This document shows, in pieces, positions 31,123 through 40,765 of a stretch of 64,000 nucleotides of DNA. Below the pieces are notes generated by a model. It searched no databases, was not told where the DNA came from, and worked only from the letters and a program-made list of their open reading frames with translations. This DNA comes from Desulfarculia bacterium. GTDB taxonomy: Bacteria; Desulfobacterota; Desulfarculia; Adiutricales; JAGVGV01. The DNA lies in the NCBI GenBank assembly GCA_963662445.1, contig OY759590.1, forward strand, positions 1,388,449 through 1,452,448, read 5' to 3'. Each line of letters opens with the position of its first letter. Position 1 is the stretch's first letter. A program made the position numbers and the translations under genes.

Positions 31123-31743
31123 ATGAGTGAAAACGGCATGAGAAAAATCTACCTGTACACCCGTTTCGAGCGTTTCTGGCACTGGACCCAGACCCTGCTC
31201 ATCCTGCTGCTGCTTATTACCGGCTATGAACTGCACGGGGTGTACAAGCTGTTCGGCTTCCACGCCGCCCACGACATACATCTTTACAGCGGATGGGCCT
31301 GGATCATCCTCTATGCTTTCATTATTTTCTGGCTGGCCACCACGGGCGAATGGAAGCAGTACATCCCGACCACCCGGCGGATTATGGAAGTGGCCCGGTA
31401 TTATATGATCGGCATCTTCAGAGGTGAACCTCACCCGGTGCCCAAGAGCGAACGGGCCAAGCACAACCCCTTGCAGAGAATGACCTATCTCCTCATAGCC
31501 ATTCTCATTCTGCCGGTGCAGATGGTTTCCGGCTACGTGTATTACAGCTACAACTCCTGGACTGCCTGGGGCTGGGAAAGCCTGGCCCTAGGAACAGTGG
31601 CCTTCATCCACATGGCCGGGGCCTTCGCCATTCTGGCCTTCCTGATCGTGCATGTCTACATGACCACCACCGGCCACAGCCTGCTCTGCCATTTCAACGC
31701 CATGTGCTCGGGGTGGGAAGAGGTCCCGGACGCCAAGAAATAG
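31123..31743 (+). CDS. Cytochrome b/b6 domain membrane subunit (PhsC/HyaC-like)
   Basis: ERFWHW, KHNPLQR, four TM helices with His ligands. Confidence 0.9.
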   Translation: MSENGMRKIYLYTRFERFWHWTQTLLILLLLITGYELHGVYKLFGFHAAHDIHLYSGWAWIILYAFIIFWLATTGEWKQYIPTTRRIMEVARYYMIGIFRGEPHPVPKSERAKHNPLQRMTYLLIAILILPVQMVSGYVYYSYNSWTAWGWESLALGTVAFIHMAGAFAILAFLIVHVYMTTTGHSLLCHFNAMCSGWEEVPDAKK

Positions 31744-31784
31744 ACCGCCCTCGGCCTCCGCTGACGGCGGACCGTGAATTCCGG

Positions 31785-31812
31785 AAAACCCCGTCCCGGA
31801 GGGCGGGGTTTT
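31785..31812 (+). terminator. Rho-independent terminator
   Basis: AAAACCCCGTCC-CGGA-GGGCGGGGTTTT. Confidence 0.75.
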
Positions 31813-31982
31813 GTTTACCCCGGCCGTGCGTCCTCTTCACGGCCCTCCGCCCCGCCGGATTATTTTTCACGACAAAATACTTGCGAATCAAGGCGTTAGG
31901 CCGGATGGAATTATCAGGCATAGCATTTTCCTATAAGCATTGATATTTTAAATACAGCAACCATTGACAAAGGAGGATGTGC

Positions 31983-32693
31983 ATGACGGAAGCCAAAGAC
32001 GGTTGCGTCCAACCCGCCGCCGGACCGATAGCTCCACAATCGGCGGATTCGAACATTAAACAGGAAACAGCACCCAAGGAGGAAAGCAAAATGGTGGCTC
32101 GTGTCGGCCGGCCCGCTCCGGACTTTGAAGCCGGCGCCTATTTCGGCGGCGGTTTTAAGAACATCAAACTATCGGACTATAAAGGAAAATGGGTGGTCCT
32201 CTGCTTCTATCCGGGTGATTTCACCTTTGTCTGACCGACCGAGTTGACTGCGGTCGCAGTCAAGTACAACGAGTTGAAGGCCCTGGGAGTGGAAGTCCTG
32301 GCCATGAGTACGGACAGCCGTTTTGTCCACAAAATCTGGCAGGAGGAAGAACTCTCCAAGATGGTCGAGGGCGGGGTGCCTTTCCCCATGCTTTCCGACG
32401 CGGGAGGCCGTATCGGCTCGGCCTATGGCGTTTACGAGGAAGCGGCCGGCGTCGACATCCGGGGCCGGTTTCTGATCAACCCCGAGGGAATCATCATGGC
32501 CATGGAGGTCATGACCCCGGAAGTGGGGCGCAATGTCGGCGAACTCTTCCGGCAGGTTCAGGCTTTTCTGCACGTAGCCGCTACGGGTGAAGTCACTCCC
32601 TCCGGCTGGACTCCCGGCAAACCGACTCTCAAGCCCGGCCCTGCCCTGGCCGGCAAGGTCTGGAAGGAATGGAAACCGGACCTGGCCTTCTGA
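31983..32693 (+). CDS. prxU: Selenocysteine-containing peroxiredoxin (AhpC-like PrxU); UGA 32232-32234 read as Sec
   Basis: [15 protein letters not shown] places UGA at the peroxidatic Cys; frame continues to 32693; SECIS-like hairpin follows. Confidence 0.93.
32244..32263 (+). promoter_or_regulatory. Bacterial SECIS element of prxU
   Basis: TTGACTGC-GGTC-GCAGTCAA; G-containing loop starts about 18 nt after UGA. Confidence 0.8.
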
Positions 32694-32755
32694 TGGTTGC
32701 GATGTGAAAATGACGGCGTGCGCCGCTGGCGGCGGCGCGGCCGGAATGAAACATA

Positions 32756-32785
32756 AGACCCCGCCGGGAGAATCCCGGCGGGGTC
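32756..32785. terminator. Hairpin between convergent prxU and cytochrome genes
   Basis: GACCCCGCCGGGA-GAA-TCCCGGCGGGGTC. Confidence 0.7.
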
Positions 32786-32872
32786 CATTGAAAAGGCGGC
32801 CCAAAGATCAGGGGGGAGTTTCTGGTGTCCGTGTTTCCCGATGGGTAGCCGGACCCCGTGATTCAGCGTGAA

Positions 32873-33616
32873 CTATTTATCTTTGGCCGGCTGCGCCGCC
32901 TTTGCTTCCGGCATGGTCATTTCAAACTTGGGATGACATTCCAGGCAATAGGCCTTGGATTCGCTGTGAGCATAATGGCAGACATTGCACTCGATTTCGC
33001 CCAGATGGGAGTTATGCGGATTCCGGTCGGCGAACTCCGCCGGAGTGGTCTTCTTTATCAAATCCTCCATCGGGCCGTGACAGATCAGGCAACGGCTGCT
33101 TTCCACCGTATCGCCCAACGAGGGCATGTTCTTGCCGTGACAGGCCTGACAGGTCACATCCTTCCGGGAATGAATGGCGTCCAGCATATCCGAATCGGCC
33201 CACGAGACCGTGGAGTCTTTGATAAGCCCCAGATTCTTTTCCGTCGGTTTGCCCAGAATCAACTGGGAACCCTTTATTCCTAAGCCTTCCTTTTCAGTCC
33301 AGACATGGCAATCCAGGCAGGCGACGCCAGCATCCTTTTTCGCATGGATACGGTGCAGGAAGGCCGAGTATGGTTTGGCCGCGGCTTCATCGGTCAGTTC
33401 CGCTTTGTGGCAGGCGGAACACTCCTGGCCGTCGGCCGTGGGCTGGTGCTTTTCAGGCAACAGTTCCTTCAGTGTGTCATGACAGGCCAGACAGCTTGAG
33501 GCGGGTGCGGTCGCCGCTGCGGCCCGGTCCGCCGGGCCAGGTCCCCACAGCAGAACCCCAAGACAGAAACAGGCGATGAGAACCTTAGGCAGTCGAAGCA
33601 TACTTGAATTCCTCAC
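32873..33616 (-). CDS. Periplasmic 7-heme cytochrome c (heme partner of the flavoprotein)
   Basis: Signal peptide; CLACH, CSACH, CLDCH, CQACH, CLICH, CNVCH, CLECH; NPHNSH. Confidence 0.9.
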   Translation of the reverse strand: MRNSSMLRLPKVLIACFCLGVLLWGPGPADRAAAATAPASSCLACHDTLKELLPEKHQPTADGQECSACHKAELTDEAAAKPYSAFLHRIHAKKDAGVACLDCHVWTEKEGLGIKGSQLILGKPTEKNLGLIKDSTVSWADSDMLDAIHSRKDVTCQACHGKNMPSLGDTVESSRCLICHGPMEDLIKKTTPAEFADRNPHNSHLGEIECNVCHYAHSESKAYCLECHPKFEMTMPEAKAAQPAKDK

Positions 33617-33672
33617 TTACAGGAGATGGGTCGGCCGGGGCCGAAGCCCCGGCCTTTGGGTCAGAACAGTAA

Positions 33673-35232
33673 TCAGGCTTTTTCCTTGGAGGCATTGATA
33701 CCAGCCACACGGCCGAAAACAGTACAATCGGCGGTGGCGTTGCTGCCGAGACGGTTAGAGCCGTGGATGCCGCCGGTGATTTCGCCGGCCGCATACAGCT
33801 TGGGAATTACGTCGCCCCAGATGTCGATGACTTGGGCCGAAGTGTTGATGCGGAGACCGCCCATGGTGTGGTGCACGGCCGGCCACTGGGCCACGGCGTA
33901 GAACGGGCCTTCCTTCATGGGAACCATCTTGGTGGTGATGGGCTTGTTGAAGTCCGGGTCCTTGCCGTCGGCCAGGTATTTGTTGTGTGTGTTGATCGTC
34001 TCTTCCAGGGCACTGCCCGGCACGCCGATCTTCTTGGCCAGTTCGGCCAGGGATTCGGCCTGGATGAAACGGCCCTTGGCCATGCCCTTTTCCACTTCTT
34101 CCTTGGTGCCCATCAGGGGGATCAGTTTCTCGTTGAAGATGGAGAAGGTCGGTTTGCTGCCGGTGTTGATGGCCGCACGGGAACAGACATCCCGGCGTTC
34201 CAGTTCGCTGACATACCGTTTGCCGTTCTTGTCAACGTAGACAATGCCGTAGCCCGGTCCTCTGAAGGGGTAGACGGCCGGGGAATCCAGGATGCCGGTT
34301 TCCGGCTCGGCAAAGGGATAGAGCTGAATGAAGGCCATCTGCAGGCTGTCCGCGCCGATGGCCTGGGCGTAACGGATCATTTCGCCGGTCGCGCCCTTGT
34401 GGTTGGTGCAGTTGAAATCGGGAGTGACGCTGGGGTTGAAATCCTGACGCATCTTGACATCCCAACTGAAACCGCCGGAAGCCAGAATCAGGGCCTTGCC
34501 GATCTTGATGTTGTGCTTGCCCTTCTTCGTTTCCACCTCGACGCCCAAAACCGGACCGTCCATGGCCTGACGCCAGATCCAGGTCACTTTGGTGCCGAGT
34601 TGGATCTTGGCGCCCTTGGCCAGAGCGATCTTCTTCAGGGCCTCGGTGAAGCCCCGGCCGATGCCTTCCTGGCAGGTGCGGGTGCGGTAGGATGAGTGTC
34701 CGCCGGTTCTGTTGACCAGGTCGCGCAGCTTGAGGCCGCCTTCGTCGATCATCCAGTTCAGAGCCTCGGGCGAGCCTTTGACAAAGACTTCCACCAGGGA
34801 CTGGTTGCCGTAAAAGTCGCCGCCCTTCAGTGTGTCCTTAAGGTGCGTCTCGACGCTGTCTTCGCCCAGATTGTGTTTCTGGCGCAGTTGCAGCTTGTCG
34901 TCCCAGGCCGCGTATTCGCCGCCGTTGATGATGGAGTTGCCGCCGTAAGTGGGCATCTTGTCCAGGATGACCGTTTTGCAGCCCCGTCCGGCCGCTTCGG
35001 CCGCCGCCGCCAGACCGGCGAACCCGGTCCCGATTATCAGGACCTCAATCTCGTCATCCCACTGGGTGGGGACGGTTTTGGCCTCGGCCGCGTGAGCCAT
35101 GCCGTGCAGGTTGAGGGCAAATGGTGCGGCCGCCGCGATCAGGCCCATGCCTGCCGCGCCCTTCAGGAGCTTGCGGCGATCCATGTTCACTTCCGCTGCT
35201 TTGTTCATCCGGTCTTTTTCTGTTTCCTTCAT
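33673..35232 (-). CDS. Tat-exported flavocytochrome c flavin subunit (FccA/UrdA superfamily, urocanate reductase-like)
   Basis: DRRKLLK Tat motif, GTGFAG, GGNS, IQLYP, ELERRD, HHTMGG, GSNRLGSNA. Confidence 0.88.
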   Translation of the reverse strand: MKETEKDRMNKAAEVNMDRRKLLKGAAGMGLIAAAAPFALNLHGMAHAAEAKTVPTQWDDEIEVLIIGTGFAGLAAAAEAAGRGCKTVILDKMPTYGGNSIINGGEYAAWDDKLQLRQKHNLGEDSVETHLKDTLKGGDFYGNQSLVEVFVKGSPEALNWMIDEGGLKLRDLVNRTGGHSSYRTRTCQEGIGRGFTEALKKIALAKGAKIQLGTKVTWIWRQAMDGPVLGVEVETKKGKHNIKIGKALILASGGFSWDVKMRQDFNPSVTPDFNCTNHKGATGEMIRYAQAIGADSLQMAFIQLYPFAEPETGILDSPAVYPFRGPGYGIVYVDKNGKRYVSELERRDVCSRAAINTGSKPTFSIFNEKLIPLMGTKEEVEKGMAKGRFIQAESLAELAKKIGVPGSALEETINTHNKYLADGKDPDFNKPITTKMVPMKEGPFYAVAQWPAVHHTMGGLRINTSAQVIDIWGDVIPKLYAAGEITGGIHGSNRLGSNATADCTVFGRVAGINASKEKA

Positions 35233-35279
35233 GAGTAGTCTCCTTAGGTTTATTGGGTAAAAACGGCCTTTCTCTCGGC

Positions 35280-35642
35280 CTAAGTGTTCATTGTCGTTCC
35301 CGGCCCCGAAGCCGGTCCGCCGCGGTTATGGCCCGCAACGTTCGCATCCGGCCCGAGGGCGGTGGGTTCCAGGCGGACCCAGATCATGTGATTGACCAGC
35401 CCCAGATCCTTGAATTCACGAACCAGGGTCAGGCCGGGGGCGCTGCCCTGCAACTGCACCTCGTCGGTATTCCAGAAAAGCTGGAGCGAAAAATCCATCC
35501 GGCTGGAAGGCTCGCAGTAGGCCTCAATGCCCCGGAGTCCCGGGAGTCCGGCCAGGCCGTCGGCCGCCTCCGTCAGGATGTGCGACACATCCTGATCCTG
35601 ATTCCGCGATGTTCTCAGTCGTATGGTTTCCAGCCACTCCAT
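35280..35642 (-). CDS. Hypothetical protein, first gene of the flavocytochrome operon
   Basis: 120-aa ORF between the sigma54 promoter and the flavoprotein gene. Confidence 0.7.
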   Translation of the reverse strand: MEWLETIRLRTSRNQDQDVSHILTEAADGLAGLPGLRGIEAYCEPSSRMDFSLQLFWNTDEVQLQGSAPGLTLVREFKDLGLVNHMIWVRLEPTALGPDANVAGHNRGGPASGPGTTMNT

Positions 35643-35672
35643 GTGAAATCACTCACTTCTGAACTCAGACGA

Positions 35673-35689
35673 AGCATGAATCGTGCCCT
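35673..35689 (-). promoter_or_regulatory. sigma54 -24/-12 promoter of the flavocytochrome operon
   Basis: Minus strand reads AGGGCACGATTCATGCT (GG-N10-GC). Confidence 0.7.
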
Positions 35690-35860
35690 GAAAAAATAAC
35701 TGCAATATCAGCGTGTTGCAATTTGGTTTGACTGGTTCTGTCTTATTTGGCAGAAATGTGCTATCCTATTTGACAGATCGTGCTGTATCTGTCATTTTTG
35801 ACAGGTAGGCCTCCGCTCAAATGGGGCGGCTTCACAAAATATTCCTCCGGGAGGACGAAA

Positions 35861-37405
35861 TTGCCCCAAAGTGATGAAACATTCTTCCGGCAGTTCACCC
35901 TGCGCATCTGCGGAAGCCTGGAAATCGAACGCTCCCTGTGGGAGTGCCTTGTCTACATCAGAAACTTTTTCCCGGCCGACGAACTGGTGCTGACCGTCTA
36001 CGATCCGTCCATGGGGGCTGTGGTGGTGGTGGCCACGGCCGACCAGGACGGCGGTGTGGTTCACAACCACCGTATCGCCCTGGCTCCGGAAGTCCGGGCC
36101 AGCATTGAAAGGGCCTCCGGCATGCCTCGGGTGAGGACTTTGGAGAATGCCGAAGCCGACTCCATCATCCGGCCCCTGGCTCTGGCCATGGGCTGGCCGC
36201 CCAGCGGCGTGATGGTCAACAGGCTGATGATCAGAGGGCACTACATTGGCGCGCTGACCGTCCGCAGTGAAGGGGCAGTCTATTCCCCCGAGAACGCCCG
36301 CCTCTGGGGGCTCATCAATGAACCTGCGGCCATCGCGCTGGCCAACAGCCAGCGGCACCGGGAAATTCTGGAACTCAAGGAACGCCTTTCCGACGACAAC
36401 CGCTATCTGCAGAAGGAATTGCGCCGCATCGCCGGGGACGAGATCGTCGGCGCGGATTTCGGGCTGCGGGAGGTCATGGACCGGGTGCGTCACGTGGCCC
36501 CTCTCTCGTCCCCGGTGCTGCTCCAGGGCGAGACAGGCACCGGCAAGGAGGTCATCGCCAACGCGATTCACAACCTTTCACCGCGCAGCAAGGAGCCTTT
36601 CATCAAGGTCAACTGCGGGGCCATTCCGGAAACGCTGATCGACAGCGAACTTTTCGGGCATGAGCGTGGGGCGTTCACCGGGGCCATCAGCCGCAAAAGG
36701 GGGCGGTTTGAGCGGGCTCACAACGGGACAATTTTTCTCGACGAAATAGGCGAACTGCCCATTCAGGCCCAGGTCCGGCTGCTGCGGGTGCTTCAGGAAA
36801 AGGAAATAGAGCGGGTGGGCGGCACCGAATCCATCAGGGTCAACATCCGGGTCATCTCCGGCACTCACCGCGATCTGGAGGACATGGTGGTCAGGGGTGA
36901 GTTCCGCGAGGACCTGTATTACCGCCTCAAGGTCTTTCCCATCTCCATTCCGACCCTCCGGGACCGCAAGGCCGACATCCCCGTGCTGGTTCAGTACCTG
37001 ATGAAAAGGAAATCCCAGGAAATGGGCCTCAACTGGATTCCCAGGCTGGCCCCCGGAGCCATGGACCGGCTCATGGGCTACGACTGGCCGGGTAATGTCC
37101 GGGAACTGGAAAACGCCGTGGAAAGGGCCTTGATTCTGTCGGACGGCAAGCCTCTGGACTTCAGCGAAGTGACGCCGGTGGACAGCGAGGCGGTCAGAAG
37201 GACCGGCCTGCCTTTCAACCCCCAGGTCCTGTACCTGGATTCGGTGGTCGCCCGGCACATCCGGCGGGTAGTGGAATCCGTGGAGGGCCGGATCGAAGGT
37301 TCCGGGGGAGCGGCCGACCTTCTGGGCGTCAACCCCTCCACCCTGCGCCATAAGATGAGGAAACTGAGGATTCCTTTCGGGAGAAAAGCCCCCCGGAAGG
37401 ACTGA
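35861..37405 (+). CDS. GAF-domain sigma54-dependent activator (FhlA-like)
   Basis: [25 protein letters not shown]-terminal HTH; TTG start after GGAGGA inferred. Confidence 0.92.
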   Translation: MPQSDETFFRQFTLRICGSLEIERSLWECLVYIRNFFPADELVLTVYDPSMGAVVVVATADQDGGVVHNHRIALAPEVRASIERASGMPRVRTLENAEADSIIRPLALAMGWPPSGVMVNRLMIRGHYIGALTVRSEGAVYSPENARLWGLINEPAAIALANSQRHREILELKERLSDDNRYLQKELRRIAGDEIVGADFGLREVMDRVRHVAPLSSPVLLQGETGTGKEVIANAIHNLSPRSKEPFIKVNCGAIPETLIDSELFGHERGAFTGAISRKRGRFERAHNGTIFLDEIGELPIQAQVRLLRVLQEKEIERVGGTESIRVNIRVISGTHRDLEDMVVRGEFREDLYYRLKVFPISIPTLRDRKADIPVLVQYLMKRKSQEMGLNWIPRLAPGAMDRLMGYDWPGNVRELENAVERALILSDGKPLDFSEVTPVDSEAVRRTGLPFNPQVLYLDSVVARHIRRVVESVEGRIEGSGGAADLLGVNPSTLRHKMRKLRIPFGRKAPRKD

Positions 37406-37454
37406 ACCCGTTGTGGCGGCTCCGGTCGCTGGCCGGAAACCCGGCGGTCTCGAT

Positions 37455-37895
37455 TTACACTTCCGTGGAAATTGCTTGCAGGATTTTCAATTTGAGCGAT
37501 TCATTGTCCATGTTGTCATAGATCACGGCCTCGACCGTTTCACGCAACAGGTCCTTGCCGATCCTTCCGGCGGCGACATGGTAGCTGATGTTTTCCATTT
37601 CGTGAATAAACCGTTTAGCGACAAAGACATATCCGTTGAGCAACAGGAACTGCGCCCCAAGAGAAATCGCTATCCGCTTGTTGCCGTCTTCAAAGCAGTG
37701 GAACTTGGCGGCGCAGAAAAACAAATGGGTCAGCTTGTCTTCGAATGACGGATAATAGTCATCGTTTTTGATGTGTTCCAGAACGCTTTCAAGTCTGCCC
37801 ATGTCCAAATGCCCAATCGCCCCGCCGCCGCTGATTTCCACGGTCTTACGGTGGACCTCCACGGCTTGTTCCAGCGTGAGGTAGGTAATCGGCAT
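37455..37895 (-). CDS. Fic/Doc family (death-on-curing type) toxin
   Basis: HCFEDGNKR motif; TGATG coupling to the upstream gene. Confidence 0.9.
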   Translation of the reverse strand: MPITYLTLEQAVEVHRKTVEISGGGAIGHLDMGRLESVLEHIKNDDYYPSFEDKLTHLFFCAAKFHCFEDGNKRIAISLGAQFLLLNGYVFVAKRFIHEMENISYHVAAGRIGKDLLRETVEAVIYDNMDNESLKLKILQAISTEV

Positions 37896-38914
37896 CACCC
37901 ACGCTCCTTGAGCCTCTTGAGCACATCCTTTGCTTCTGACAGCCGTTCGACAAGCTCCTTGCTCTTTTCCCCGAGAAACCGCTCGAATTCATCGGCCTGG
38001 AGCGGGGTGATGTATTCCTTCAACTGCAGATGAAGGGCGTCCCTAAAGGCCATATCCCGGCTGGCCATTTTGTGACGGGCGCTTTCCACCAGGGGTTTCC
38101 AGTGGGCTTGATTCTCGAATCCGGCAAATAGCTCGTCAACTTCAAACGAGGTGAGCCGCTCTCCCTTTTTTTCGAAAGCCGCTTCCAGCACTTTGGCGAA
38201 GCCATACTCATAGGAAGATACGAGGTCAAGGATTTCAGAGTAAAAAGTATCCCTTACCTTGTCCTTGTCTTTGAGCCGCAGAATTTTTCTGTATTCCTGG
38301 GCGTTTTCGCGGAAGATGCTGACGTATATTCGGTTGGTGTACATGGGGTATTTGAACTTTCCCATGTCCACGTAGTCCCTCAGGGCATTGGTGAAGTCTT
38401 TCCGGTAGTTTTCTTCCCGGAAATAGGCGAAGACGAAGTCTTCGTCCCTTTGGTTGATATATTTGGTCGCGCCGCCGGTGCGCTGGTTTATGGTGTCGAT
38501 GACGATGTCCAGAATGGTCTGGCGGAGAAGCCTGGCCCGCTCACTCTCAGCCAGGAGCATGGAAATATTCAGAAATGCCCGAAAATCGAAGATTCCTATC
38601 TGCGGCGTTTTGTTAACGACATCAATGTCGCGAACATCTTGTTCTTTTACAGCTAATTTGAACTCTTTCAACCGGTTACCCTTTATCACCTCGTAACCGT
38701 TTCGGAGAAGTTCATCGCCGAACCTTTCTAAATACCGGTCGATTGTTCTCGGGTCCACCTCAAAAAAGCGGGCAACTTGCTCTTTGACCACGCGAGCGGC
38801 TCCTTCAAAAATAACACCCTGAATTGGAGCCGCTTTTTTGATTTCCTGAACAGCATAAGGGTTGTTCAGGATATTCTGGCGTTCAAGTTCGGAGTTGGTC
38901 AGATCCTTGTCCAT
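37895..38914 (-). CDS. 339-aa putative DNA-binding protein, partner of Doc
   Basis: HTH-like VARFFEVDPRTIDRY; RBS AGGGGAGAGG; coupled to the Doc gene. Confidence 0.8.
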   Translation of the reverse strand: MDKDLTNSELERQNILNNPYAVQEIKKAAPIQGVIFEGAARVVKEQVARFFEVDPRTIDRYLERFGDELLRNGYEVIKGNRLKEFKLAVKEQDVRDIDVVNKTPQIGIFDFRAFLNISMLLAESERARLLRQTILDIVIDTINQRTGGATKYINQRDEDFVFAYFREENYRKDFTNALRDYVDMGKFKYPMYTNRIYVSIFRENAQEYRKILRLKDKDKVRDTFYSEILDLVSSYEYGFAKVLEAAFEKKGERLTSFEVDELFAGFENQAHWKPLVESARHKMASRDMAFRDALHLQLKEYITPLQADEFERFLGEKSKELVERLSEAKDVLKRLKERG

Positions 38915-38924
38915 GGCCTCTCCC

Positions 38925-39062
38925 CTAAACATTCCGGAAGACGATCTGTCCGGCTTTGTCCCTGCCCTGGTTGCGGGCGGCAAAGGTCTGGACCGCGTTG
39001 GCCCGGCTGGCCGAGGCGATGTCCATTGAAGGCAGGGCCATGGTTCCCGGCATATCTTTCAT
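38925..39062 (-). CDS. Possible 45-aa ORF leading the Doc module
   Basis: MKDMPGTMALPSMDIASASRANAVQTFAARNQGRDKAGQIVFRNV; GGAG RBS; stop 10 nt before the next ATG. Confidence 0.35.
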   Translation of the reverse strand: MKDMPGTMALPSMDIASASRANAVQTFAARNQGRDKAGQIVFRNV

Positions 39063-39367
39063 GCTTCAATCTCCATTAAACAATGAGCAATGGACACAAG
39101 AACGGTTTGCCTGTTCAGCGGTAAAGTCTATTGACCGTTTTATCGGGGTTCCGGTTGCCATGGCCGGGCCGCCGGTAATCATTGGAACTCCCGCAGACTA
39201 TGGATATTTTCGCTTCAATGACTGAATACTAAAACTTTGCCGTAATCAGGTCAAGCAGCGACGGGACCACTGCGCCTTCATCTGTTGCCCTTGCGGGTCG
39301 TTCCGCATATAATCGGGGCAGTCTTTATATTACCCGGAACTTTCATCCACCAATCAGGCGGGGCGAA

Positions 39368-40705
39368 TTGATCAACGATCTTCTGCAAAACAGAATTGTG
39401 TCCGAATGGCTGGACCTGCTGCACAAATGGCTGGTTCAGGACCTGCTGGTCGTCAGCAACCTCATTCAGGCCCTGGTGCTGCTGCTGGTCCTGGCCCTGG
39501 GCTGGCGGCTGGGCCGGAAGGCGCGGGTCTACCTGAACGAACGGGTGGCACCGCACTTGACCGGCAAGCCTCATTTGACCAATATCTTTCAGAGCCTGGT
39601 CAAGTTGCAGCCCTTTATCTGCTCCCTGGTCCTGCTCTGGATAGCGGGCCTTATTCTGGGCCGGTTCTATCCGCCGTCCTTCCTCATCGGTCTGGTGCAG
39701 ACCCTCCTGCTGGCCTGGGTGGTCATTCAACTGCTCAGTTCGCTCATCCTGGACAGGCTCTGGTCCCGGGTCATCGCCGCCCTGGCCTGGACCTTCGCCG
39801 CCCTGCACATTGTCGGCGCTCTGGGGCCGGCCCTGGAGTTTCTTGACAGTTTCGGTCTGACCGTGGGCGCGGTGCGCCTGACCGTCCTTTCCCTCATCAA
39901 GGCCGTGGTCGTGCTGGTGGCCATGCTCAAACTGGGCAACTGGCTGGCCGATTATCTGGAAAACAAGCTGAAAGACATCGAAGGCCTTTCTCCTTCGGCC
40001 AATGTGCTGCTGAGCAAGGCCATCAAGATCACCACCCTGACCATTGTGGTGATTATCGCTCTTAACAGCGTGGGCATAGACCTGACCGCCCTGGCGGTCT
40101 TCAGCGGCGCGGTGGGCGTGGGCGTCGGCTTCGGCTTGCAGAAGGTAGTGGCCAACCTGATCAGCGGCATCATCCTGCTGGTGGACAAGTCCATCAAGCC
40201 TGGGGACGTGATTCAGGTCGGCGATGTGTTCGGCTGGATCACCGACCTGCGGGGCCGGTATATCTCGGTGGCTACGCGGGACGGCAAGGAATACCTGATT
40301 CCCAACGAGGACCTCATCACCCAGCAGGTGGTCAACTGGTCGTACAGCAACCGCAATGTGCGGGTCAGGATTCCGGTGGGCATTTCCTACAAGGCCGACC
40401 CTCACCGGGCCATAGAGCTGATTCTGGCCGCCGCCGCCAGCCGGGGGCGGGTCCTGTCCGACCCCAGGCCGGTCTGCAATCTGGCCGGGTTCGGCGACAA
40501 TTCGATTGATCTGGAACTGAGATTCTGGATAGACGATCCTCAGAACGGGCTGGCCAACATCAGGAGCGAAATCCTGCTGGATATCTGGGACCGTTTCCGG
40601 GAGTCCGGCATAGAGATACCTTTTCCGCAGCGGGATGTGCATCTGGATATCCAGTCGCTTGACGGGCTCAAGGAACTGCTCGGCCGCCGGGACCCGGCGG
40701 AGTGA
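39368..40705 (+). CDS. MscS family mechanosensitive channel
   Basis: GAVGVGVGFGLQKVVANLISG, GDVI, IPNE, IEIPFPQRD. Confidence 0.92.
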   Translation: MINDLLQNRIVSEWLDLLHKWLVQDLLVVSNLIQALVLLLVLALGWRLGRKARVYLNERVAPHLTGKPHLTNIFQSLVKLQPFICSLVLLWIAGLILGRFYPPSFLIGLVQTLLLAWVVIQLLSSLILDRLWSRVIAALAWTFAALHIVGALGPALEFLDSFGLTVGAVRLTVLSLIKAVVVLVAMLKLGNWLADYLENKLKDIEGLSPSANVLLSKAIKITTLTIVVIIALNSVGIDLTALAVFSGAVGVGVGFGLQKVVANLISGIILLVDKSIKPGDVIQVGDVFGWITDLRGRYISVATRDGKEYLIPNEDLITQQVVNWSYSNRNVRVRIPVGISYKADPHRAIELILAAAASRGRVLSDPRPVCNLAGFGDNSIDLELRFWIDDPQNGLANIRSEILLDIWDRFRESGIEIPFPQRDVHLDIQSLDGLKELLGRRDPAE

Positions 40706-40765
40706 AGATGCCCCGGCCCGTCTCTTGATTATCGGCTTCGAACACCGGGAAAACAGGGAGACTGC

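Noticed and set aside
32244-32693. prxU halves and the 46278/47040 ORFs as separate genes or pseudogenes
   Set aside because: In-frame UGA at catalytic positions plus SECIS-like hairpins favour Sec readthrough
37413-39300. Prophage or integrative element around the Doc module
   Set aside because: No integrase, tRNA target or flanking att repeats were visible
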